From positions 1 through 44,615 of the forward strand of contig JABCSY010000023.1 in the NCBI GenBank assembly GCA_018238625.1: 44,615 nt of DNA. Reading direction: 5' to 3'. Below the pieces are notes generated by a model. The model searched no databases. It saw only the letters and a list, made by a program, of their open reading frames with translations, and was not told the DNA's origin. The position numbers and the translations under genes were made by a program. This DNA comes from Promethearchaeota archaeon (GTDB lineage: Archaea > Asgardarchaeota > Lokiarchaeia > Sigyniarchaeales > SOKP01). Each line of letters opens with the position of its first letter. Position 1 is the stretch's first letter. Shown here one piece after another: positions 37,061 through 44,615 of this stretch.

Positions 37061-37940
37061 AGAAAGAAATTTTTCCAAAAAGGGACAGGAGTCAAATAAG
37101 ATTGCGTCCTATCCAATAACAACAAATTCCTTTCATTGGTCTCCTGTTGCATCCCTAATGTTTATAATCTTACATGTTTTGTCTTTTCTTATGCCATCAG
37201 TCATGATTTTATCATTCTTCCCCATTGCTATGGATTCGAACTTTTTACATTGGAGGTTTTTTATAATCTTTATTGACGTCTTAGCTTGGTGGGGCGCGTA
37301 TTTGCTAGTTAGTCTTTTACTAGGAAAATTATTTTTGATTACATTGAAATTATTACACAAACCGCGGGAGGGTTTATTTAAAATCGATAAAAACAGTAAA
37401 GACTACTATTACTTTTGTTTTCGAGTTGTTGTAAAAAAGTTTGTATTTTGGATTTGGAATAATTTCTGCTTCCCTTGGGCTACCAATTTTGCTTTTAAAT
37501 TATTGGGCGTTCGTACCGATTTTAAAAGTACTCTCTTTGATGGGTGGATGGATACAGAATTTATTGAATTAGGGGACAACATAATGGTTGGTCAAGGCGC
37601 GGTTATTATGTCTAGTATGATCGTTAGAGTTGATAATACGGATCATCTTCTAATCAAAAAGGTTATTATTGGGGACCATGTTGTTTTAGGCGGACATTCA
37701 ATTGTAGCACCGGGAACGATTATAGGAAAAGGTACAACTTTGGGTATCTGGGCAGTAACTCACGTAGGACAAATATTAGAACCAAACTACATATACATTG
37801 GTCAACCCGCGAGAAAGTATCAGCCAACCCAGAAAGCATTTGAGGAAAGCAAAAAAGTATTTTTTAGAAGAATGGTCGATACAAATAAAAAAGTCCCATA
37901 TGATATATATAAGGGAGATATAGAAAATACTCAAGGATAA
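37050..37940 (+). CDS. Membrane hexapeptide-repeat acyltransferase-like protein (one module)
   Basis: IELGDNIMVGQGA, VIIGDHVVLGGHSIVAPGT, YIGQPAR. Likely CTG start at 37050 behind GGAGGCGA (ORF track: ATG 37158). Confidence 0.85.
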   Translation: MENKERNFSKKGQESNKIASYPITTNSFHWSPVASLMFIILHVLSFLMPSVMILSFFPIAMDSNFLHWRFFIIFIDVLAWWGAYLLVSLLLGKLFLITLKLLHKPREGLFKIDKNSKDYYYFCFRVVVKKFVFWIWNNFCFPWATNFAFKLLGVRTDFKSTLFDGWMDTEFIELGDNIMVGQGAVIMSSMIVRVDNTDHLLIKKVIIGDHVVLGGHSIVAPGTIIGKGTTLGIWAVTHVGQILEPNYIYIGQPARKYQPTQKAFEESKKVFFRRMVDTNKKVPYDIYKGDIENTQG

Positions 37941-37958
37941 ATAAACCAAAATAAAAAA

Positions 37959-38672
37959 TTAATGTTTGAAAGCCATCAATATCTTTTTTTTTTTAACGAT
38001 TACGAGAGACATTACGCTAATTATCAAGACGATTAAATAATAGTTTCCTAAAGGAACTTTAATAATTATTTTCTCTGTATTTAGTTCCCAACGATAAATC
38101 GTGGTGCTGTTCGTAATTCTTTCTATTATCGTAGAAATTCCAGAAGGATCTATAGTTAATTCAATAGTTGTGCTGTTTTCGTAGTCTAATATAAGTTTTT
38201 CCCCCGAAAATGAATAGTTTTGAAAAAAGCCAGCTACTTTTACTGACTCTCCAATTAGGGAATAATTAACGGGAGTTGGAAACAAAAATAGATTTCCATG
38301 TTGAAACCCTTCTGCTGACCAATTAAGAAAGTTTAGAGTTTTATTATAAGCCATATAGAATGAATTTTCATATTTTTCTATCCAATCAATATTATGATAA
38401 AATTCAAGCGTATAGTTTACGAATAGATAATTTTTATCGTCGTTAGTCTCATTATATATATTTTTAGCAGTAAATTTTATATAATCGATTTCCGTATACC
38501 ACGATTCGGTGGCATTTACAGAGTTCCAGATAAAACTATCGTCCTTTTCGGCGGGAAATACCGATTCGCCTAATACTGTGCTGCCAAATGAGTTTATTGG
38601 AAGACTTATGAAAATGATTAAAAAACATAAGGTGCTCAGCCAATAGTTTACATTGTTTTTCGCTTTCATCAT
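37959..38672 (-). CDS. Secreted protein with VPLGNY-TM-KKKK C-terminal anchor
   Basis: Signal peptide, many NxS/T sequons, tail matches that of the LVIVD protein. Confidence 0.8.
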   Translation of the reverse strand: MMKAKNNVNYWLSTLCFLIIFISLPINSFGSTVLGESVFPAEKDDSFIWNSVNATESWYTEIDYIKFTAKNIYNETNDDKNYLFVNYTLEFYHNIDWIEKYENSFYMAYNKTLNFLNWSAEGFQHGNLFLFPTPVNYSLIGESVKVAGFFQNYSFSGEKLILDYENSTTIELTIDPSGISTIIERITNSTTIYRWELNTEKIIIKVPLGNYYLIVLIISVMSLVIVKKKKILMAFKH

Positions 38673-38807
38673 TAATTTTATAAATCGTTTTAATGGCGTT
38701 TAAGTTAGCTATTTTTTAATTCACTAATTCTTAATACTTTTTTTTTATATTTAAGTTTAAACTTAAATTTTTTAAGATTTTTTAATATTTAAATATTTAT
38801 TAGAACA

Positions 38808-39479
38808 TTATTTTTCTAGGGCCTTCTTCTCTAAATCCTTAGAATAGGATTCCCATTTATCTTGTTCGTTTGGCTTTTTCTTAGTAATAACAAAATGGCA
38901 AGTATTTGCTCCAGCGGGAATCGTCGATTTGAATTCTATTTGATAGTCAGACTTTAAAATACCGGAATCTCTAAACGCATCCATTATTCCTTGGACTAAA
39001 TACCTTTGTACTCTACAATCGAACGCCTTGTAAACGTCCTGCAACGGACACCAAATTATATCGAAAGAGCATTGATCTTCCTTATCAATACGTGGATCTT
39101 CAATGGAAGTCCAAGCTTGCGTGTTAATGATAGTTGCTAAAAAACTCATTAGTTCAATATCAGAGATTTCAACGGGCAATTGAATATTTTCTAAAATCTG
39201 GTTGCCCATATTGTAACCCGTTTTGATTAAGGCGTCAATTACTACTTTTTGACCTTCTTTGCCTAATTTTTTTTCGCTTTCTTTTAAAATGTTAATTACA
39301 GCCATAGACATAAATAAACCAAATTGTAAAAGAGAAGTCGCGTCAAAATCTTTTCGCTTCAAAACATCGACTCTGAACCGATCTAGAGCTTCCTTAAAGG
39401 GTTCGCCAAGCTTAGATTTTTTCCAATTTGCTTCTTCCCGATCTGCTCCTTTTAAAATTCCTCTTTTATTCACTAACAA
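38808..39479 (-). CDS. ATC-hydrolase/V4R-like small-ligand-binding domain protein
   Basis: WCPL...DCRVQ...STIPAGANTCHF cysteine pattern. Confidence 0.7.
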   Translation of the reverse strand: MLVNKRGILKGADREEANWKKSKLGEPFKEALDRFRVDVLKRKDFDATSLLQFGLFMSMAVINILKESEKKLGKEGQKVVIDALIKTGYNMGNQILENIQLPVEISDIELMSFLATIINTQAWTSIEDPRIDKEDQCSFDIIWCPLQDVYKAFDCRVQRYLVQGIMDAFRDSGILKSDYQIEFKSTIPAGANTCHFVITKKKPNEQDKWESYSKDLEKKALEK

Positions 39480-39572
39480 AACACCTAAAAGTATAGTTTT
39501 CTTAATTTACAATATTTATATTTATTATTGATTACTTAAATAATCAAAATATTTATGAAAAAAGTGTTTATT

Positions 39573-40319
39573 ATGATAAAATTAGTACTTTTACGCCATG
39601 GAGAAAGCATTTGGAACAAAGAGAATAAATTTACTGGTTGGACTGATGTAGATCTTTCAAAAAAAGGCATTGAGGAAGCTAAGAAAGCGGGACAATTGTT
39701 AAAAGATGAGGGATTTTCATTTGATATTGCTTTTACATCTGTATTGAAACGCGGTATAAGAACTCTGTGGATCGTATTAGATGTAATGGATTTAATGTGG
39801 ATACCCGTTTACAGATCATGGCGATTAAATGAACGACATTATGGAGCTTTGCAAGGTTATTACAAGGCAAAAATGGCGAAAGAGATTGGAGAAGAACAAG
39901 TCCTTATTTGGAGAAGAAGTTACGATATTCCCCCACCAGCTCTTAAGTCGTCAGACCCAAGATATCCTGGAACCGACCCAAAATATAAGGGTTTAAATTC
40001 CGACGATATTCCTTTAACAGAATGTTTAAAAGATACTGTCGAGCGATTCTTACCATATTGGCACGAGGCGATCGTTCCCACAATTAAAGAAGGAAAAAGC
40101 GTTTTAATATCTGCACACGGGAATAGCTTACGTGCGCTCGTTCAATATTTGGATAATGTTTCTGAAGATGATATATTAAAATTAAACATTCCAACGGGAA
40201 TACCGTTAATTTACGAACTTGACGACGCCTTAAAACCCATAAAGCATTATTACTTAGGGGACGCAGAAGAAGTTAAAGAAGCGATGGAAGCGGTAGCAAA
40301 TCAAGGCAAGGCCCTATAA
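39573..40319 (+). CDS. gpmA: 2,3-bisphosphoglycerate-dependent phosphoglycerate mutase
   Basis: [56 protein letters not shown]. Start at the second Met. Confidence 0.96.
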   Translation: MIKLVLLRHGESIWNKENKFTGWTDVDLSKKGIEEAKKAGQLLKDEGFSFDIAFTSVLKRGIRTLWIVLDVMDLMWIPVYRSWRLNERHYGALQGYYKAKMAKEIGEEQVLIWRRSYDIPPPALKSSDPRYPGTDPKYKGLNSDDIPLTECLKDTVERFLPYWHEAIVPTIKEGKSVLISAHGNSLRALVQYLDNVSEDDILKLNIPTGIPLIYELDDALKPIKHYYLGDAEEVKEAMEAVANQGKAL

Positions 40320-40329
40320 ACAAAGGCTA

Positions 40330-40989
40330 TTACTTTTTTTTTCCGGACATACTGAAGATATATATCTCGTGTTCGATAATCCATGAAATTAACACAAAAA
40401 AGAGAATCCATTCTGAGATGTAAGACTCTATCGAGCAGAGTTCAGAGTCATAATAATTTATAGAACTATAGAAGATAAACACAAAGAAAAAGAAACAAAC
40501 GACAAATCCAGATAGCGCTTGATATTTAGAAATTCCAGGAGTGGTTAGTTCAGAGATCGCAAAAAATAGACAGTAAGCGAAACCTCCAAGAAAGAAAAAA
40601 CTCGCTGAAAAATTGTGCAAGTCCAAGTAAATGTTGATGGGAAAAACTCCTACGAAGAAAGTTCCAACTGAGGAAATTAAGCCTGAGATCAACGCAATTA
40701 GGATGAAAATTTTGTTTCCCTTTTTATTAATCAAATACGTGCTTAAATGTAGAAAGAAGTATATAGTCACAGCGCTAGTTATCATCATTCCTACGCTAAA
40801 TACTAAACCAACCCCATTAGGTCCTGCCCCAATATCGCTTAGATAATGAGTGATAAAGCTGAAAGAAGCGTCGTTTATAATGTATAAGGCTATAGAAATT
40901 AAAATGGATAAAGTTGGAACTAATATCGCGCTTAAAATTAGCGATTGCTTATTGAGCTTGTCGAATAAAATCTCACTTTTCTCTAAAAT
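40330..40989 (-). CDS. DUF998-like multi-TM membrane protein
   Basis: Frame stays open 69 codons above ATG 40788 and includes a TM and SFITHYLSDIG (cf. SIFTHYISDLG in 23582). Candidate ATT start at 40989 behind GAGTGA. Confidence 0.75.
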   Translation of the reverse strand: MLEKSEILFDKLNKQSLILSAILVPTLSILISIALYIINDASFSFITHYLSDIGAGPNGVGLVFSVGMMITSAVTIYFFLHLSTYLINKKGNKIFILIALISGLISSVGTFFVGVFPINIYLDLHNFSASFFFLGGFAYCLFFAISELTTPGISKYQALSGFVVCFFFFVFIFYSSINYYDSELCSIESYISEWILFFVLISWIIEHEIYIFSMSGKKK

Positions 40990-41189
40990 GACTTTTCACT
41001 CGTAACTTATTTTTTATTCTAAATTTATATGTTTAATTAATAATAAAATTCATAATTAAGCTTTTTTATTAGTTTTAAGCATTGTTTTTCCATAAAATTA
41101 TCAGAAGAATTTATTAGAATATGATGATATTTTTTAATCAAAGAATAATTGCTTTTCATTTATTAAATAAAGCCAAATGGAGCGTTACT

Positions 41190-41975
41190 ATGGAAAAGAA
41201 ATTAATTGACAATCCGGAAGTTTCAAATATCGTTTTTTATCCTCGAAAAATAGCAGTACCTAACGATTTAAACCCAAACTCAGACATTCTCAAGCTAAAT
41301 ATTGGTAATGGTGTAGAAATTGGAGGATTTTTCTATAAAAATGATGTTAAAAATCCAACAATTCTGTTATTTCACGGAAACGGTGAGATTGCTTATGATT
41401 ATCAGTATATTGCTCCAATGTTCTTTGAGATTAATGTTAATCTAGCGGTCGTTGATTTCCGTGGATACGGTTTTAGTTCTGGCGAGCCTTATTATACATG
41501 TTTAATATCTGATGCTATGCCGATTTACACCGTATTTAGAGAATGGATGGACCAAAATGGATTGTTAAATTCTCTCTTTGTTCTAGGAAGGTCCCTTGGA
41601 AGCGTATGTGCAGCAGAAATTGGTTCCCACAATCCCGCTGATTTACGCGGAATAATATTTGAAAGTGGATTCGCTAGCGTTTACAATATAATGACGAATT
41701 TATTTCGAATTAACAGCCCATATTTAACTTCCGATTCGCTAAAAAAATATTCAAACGATACTAGAGTAAGAAAATTTAAAAAATCTACCTTACTCATTCA
41801 TGGAACAATAGACAGGATAATTCCCCTTACGGAAGCTGAATTGTTATACAAAAACCTTCCAAATGATATTGACAAAAGATTAATATTAATAGAAGGTGCT
41901 GGGCATAATACGATTCTTTCATTTGAAGAAGAATATTTTCAACCTCTGTCAGAATTCATTTTAGAATATAAATAA
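41190..41975 (+). CDS. Alpha/beta hydrolase (ABHD/BEM46-like)
   Basis: FHGNGE, DFRGYG, GRSLGS, IHGTIDRII, GAGHN. Probable start MEKK. Confidence 0.9.
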   Translation: MEKKLIDNPEVSNIVFYPRKIAVPNDLNPNSDILKLNIGNGVEIGGFFYKNDVKNPTILLFHGNGEIAYDYQYIAPMFFEINVNLAVVDFRGYGFSSGEPYYTCLISDAMPIYTVFREWMDQNGLLNSLFVLGRSLGSVCAAEIGSHNPADLRGIIFESGFASVYNIMTNLFRINSPYLTSDSLKKYSNDTRVRKFKKSTLLIHGTIDRIIPLTEAELLYKNLPNDIDKRLILIEGAGHNTILSFEEEYFQPLSEFILEYK

Positions 41976-42118
41976 TTTTAAGAAATAAAATGAGATAGTT
42001 AAAATCTCTATTAAGAAAGATTTATATATGAAAGCAAATAGCATATTTTGTTGAAATTCTAATAAATTGTAAAAATCTAAACTAAAATTATAAATTAATA
42101 GTGAAGTGAAATCAAATT

Positions 42119-42526
42119 ATGAAAGAAGAAATAACAAAACTGCTTAAATTAACATTCTTAATCCATTTTTTCGTAACGATTATTTTTGGTTTAATTTTCT
42201 TATTATTTTCTGATTATTATCTAAACATTACTGGATGGCCATCCATAGACCCAATAGTAGGACAACCTTTAAGTGGGACTTTAGGTGCAGCACTCATAGG
42301 ATTCGCATTAAGCTCATTATTAGCTTGGAGAGAAACAGAATGGATTAAAGTAAAACTTATTGTACAAATGGAAATAGGTTGGCTTGCTATAGGGTTGAAT
42401 TTGAATCTATGGATTGCATTCACTTATTTTCCTCCAATTATTATCTGGTTGCATATAATTATATTTGTTGTATTCTTAATCGCATTCTCATGGTTTTATT
42501 ACATACATGAAATGAAGAAAACCTAA
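42119..42526 (+). CDS. Four-TM hypothetical membrane protein
   Basis: Hydrophobic 135-aa ORF behind a canonical promoter (GAAAGA-TTTATATA). Confidence 0.8.
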   Translation: MKEEITKLLKLTFLIHFFVTIIFGLIFLLFSDYYLNITGWPSIDPIVGQPLSGTLGAALIGFALSSLLAWRETEWIKVKLIVQMEIGWLAIGLNLNLWIAFTYFPPIIIWLHIIIFVVFLIAFSWFYYIHEMKKT

Positions 42527-42677
42527 AAAAAGATTCATTAAACGAAAACCTACTTCAAATTCTTAACTTTTTTTTCTTTTAAGATTTTTACCCCAAATAA
42601 AGTTATAATTTTAAAAAGAGAATTGACGAATATTAAGAATAACAATAATAATTTAAAAACAAATTAAGTGATTATAT

Positions 42678-44066
42678 TTGACAAAAGAAACAAGTGAAGT
42701 AAGACATTCAAAAAAAAACATGGCTTCTTATGGGTTCGGAAACTTTATGAACGAATTTTTAGCGATGGCTTTTGGTACTTATGCTTTTTATTTTTACGAG
42801 AGAGAAATTGGTTTAAATGTGGTGTTAGTAGGATTAGGATTCTTTTTATTCGCCGTTTATAACGCAATTAACGACCCCCTCGTCGGTTATCTTACTAACA
42901 AACCCTTCAGGTTTACGAAAAAATGGGGTAGGCGCTTTCCTTGGATTATAATGGGAGCAGTTCCCTTTATTTTCAGTTACATACTAATTTTTACGCCACC
43001 TGCGGTAAATCCCGAATCAGGCGCTTGGATACTATTTTTATGGCTAGTTTTCACAACTTGTGTATTTGACACCTTTAATTCGATTTTTTGGGTTAACTTT
43101 TCAGCTCTTTTCCCTGATAAATTCCGTTCAGTTAAGGAACGGAGAACTGCTACGGGATTACAAATACCAGTAGGACTTTTTGGCGTTGCTCTCGGTGCGA
43201 TTTTACCTCCACTTTTTGTTGATTTCGGAGTGCCTTCAACTTACATAACTCAAGCGGGAGTAGTAATTATTGTCGGTTTAATAGCTATAGGTTTGGCAAT
43301 CCCGGGCGTAAGAGACGACCAAGACGCAGTTGATCGATATTTAGAAACATACGATTCGATAGAAAAAGGTCCACCATTTTTTAAATCCTTGGGTGCCGCT
43401 TTGAAACAAAGGAGTTTCATTGCTTTTATTATTTCATACACTTTATATCGTACATTGGTACAATCAATGACAGCTTCAGTACCGTATTTAGTAGATAATG
43501 TATTGGAGATGACCGAAAAAGCAGCGATTCCAATTTTTGCCGGTTTTCTAATAGGTGCATTAATTTCAACGCCATTATGGGTTAAGGCAGCTCACAAGAC
43601 GAACAATAACAAAAAAATTATGGTGTACTGTGGTTTACTAATGGGCATTTTTACAATACCTTTAATATTTCTCGAAGAATTTGTGGTGATAATTATTGCT
43701 ATGGTAGTTTGGGGATTATCAATTGGTGGTTATTGGGCTATGATTGCCCCTGTATTGGCCGATGTTGTAGATGAATCTATAGTTAAGCTTAAGAGACGAC
43801 AAGAGGGCGTCTATGCCGGTTTCCAACAATTTTTTGGACGTTTAGCAATTTTCTTCCAAGCAATAAGTTTTACATTAGCCCATGTTCTTACAGACTTTGC
43901 TGTAGATCCATATAGTGCCGCTGCGAAGTTCGGTATTCACGTCCATTTAGCTGTAGTCCCAATGATATGTATTTTGATTGGTACTTTAGTATTTTGGAAG
44001 TGGTACGACCTAACTCCTGAAAAAGTTACTGAGAATCAAAGGATAATAAAAGAACTGAATTTATAG
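42678..44066 (+). CDS. MFS transporter, GPH/MelB-like family
   Basis: YNAINDPLVGYL, KKWGRRFPWI, ADVVDE...RRQEGVY. Confidence 0.92.
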   Translation: MTKETSEVRHSKKNMASYGFGNFMNEFLAMAFGTYAFYFYEREIGLNVVLVGLGFFLFAVYNAINDPLVGYLTNKPFRFTKKWGRRFPWIIMGAVPFIFSYILIFTPPAVNPESGAWILFLWLVFTTCVFDTFNSIFWVNFSALFPDKFRSVKERRTATGLQIPVGLFGVALGAILPPLFVDFGVPSTYITQAGVVIIVGLIAIGLAIPGVRDDQDAVDRYLETYDSIEKGPPFFKSLGAALKQRSFIAFIISYTLYRTLVQSMTASVPYLVDNVLEMTEKAAIPIFAGFLIGALISTPLWVKAAHKTNNNKKIMVYCGLLMGIFTIPLIFLEEFVVIIIAMVVWGLSIGGYWAMIAPVLADVVDESIVKLKRRQEGVYAGFQQFFGRLAIFFQAISFTLAHVLTDFAVDPYSAAAKFGIHVHLAVVPMICILIGTLVFWKWYDLTPEKVTENQRIIKELNL

Positions 44067-44154
44067 AGCAAAAAACTCTCAATAAAATAACGAGCGAATA
44101 ATTCGCTTTTAACTTTTTTTTTAATTTTTTTTTAATTGCTATCTGTCCTGCAAG

Positions 44155-44615
44155 TTACAATAATTTTCCTTTAGCTACTATTATAGCTTTACCGCCTATG
44201 GCTACAAAATATTTTCCTTCCTTTTCTTCGGCCCTTAATAGAAGTAGAGATTCTCTCCCTATTTCATAGCCTTGCTCGACGCGTATATCAATCTTTTTCT
44301 TGCCAAAATATTCGTGTTTTACCAAATAGGCGGCCAAACAACCGTTTGAAGAGCCTGTTGCGGGGTCCTCTGGAACGCCGTAAAAATCAGCAAAGTACCG
44401 AACGTTTAAATCGTTTTTTTTGTTATAAGTTTCGGGACAAAATACCAAGATGGTCTTAGCTTGAGTATTTTCGATTAAAGCGTAATACTTTTCGAGATCA
44501 ATTTTTACGCGTTTTACGGCGTCTAACGTTTTTAAAGGCACAATGATCGTAGGGACTCCAGTAGAAACGCCTTGAATTCTAAATCTTCCGTCAATATCGC
44601 TTTCGTTTATGTTTA
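44155..44615 (-). CDS. PhzF-family epimerase/isomerase, 5' end outside the window
   Basis: VSTGVP, VRYFA...VPEDPATGSSNG, VEQGYEIGRES. Confidence 0.9.
   Translation of the reverse strand, partial: NINESDIDGRFRIQGVSTGVPTIIVPLKTLDAVKRVKIDLEKYYALIENTQAKTILVFCPETYNKKNDLNVRYFADFYGVPEDPATGSSNGCLAAYLVKHEYFGKKKIDIRVEQGYEIGRESLLLLRAEEKEGKYFVAIGGKAIIVAKGKLL

Noticed and set aside
989-43441. Remaining short overlapping ORFs in the track (e.g. 989-1315, 4373-4600, 6249-6488, 23773-24093, 39259-39531, 43250-43441)
   Set aside because: Antisense or alternate-frame overlaps of well-supported genes, with no motifs.

Overview
AT-rich archaeal chromosomal segment, most consistent with an Asgard archaeon of the Lokiarchaeia. 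This is inferred from Rab-like and MglA/MglB GTPase modules, a longin-like protein, Loki-CTERM-type IPGY sorting tails, expanded NosD/LVIVD/LRR families, TATA promoters and GGAGGTGA-type RBSs. No rRNA, tRNA, CRISPR, integrase or transposase was seen. Three layers are visible. (1) A dispersed set of DNA recombination/repair genes (RadB-like, RadA with an extra C-terminal HhH, divergent FEN1, RPA, CoiA-like nuclease, topoisomerase-type Zn ribbon), small membrane or pilin-like proteins, an MglB-MglA operon and a divergent TFB-like protein. Most of these sit behind TATA boxes preceded by a T-tract instead of the normal purine-rich BRE. I propose this as a candidate alternative-TFB-controlled competence/DNA-exchange regulon; this is a hypothesis. 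(2) An accessory region (about 11.9-21.4 kb) of repeat-rich surface proteins, with two kinds of 27-28 bp paired sites, a diverged partial gene duplication and pseudogene remnants. (3) Ordinary metabolic genes from about 31.7 kb onward. Several genes appear to start at non-canonical codons (ACG, ATT, CTG) behind strong RBSs. All family calls are from motif recognition by eye; no database search was run.
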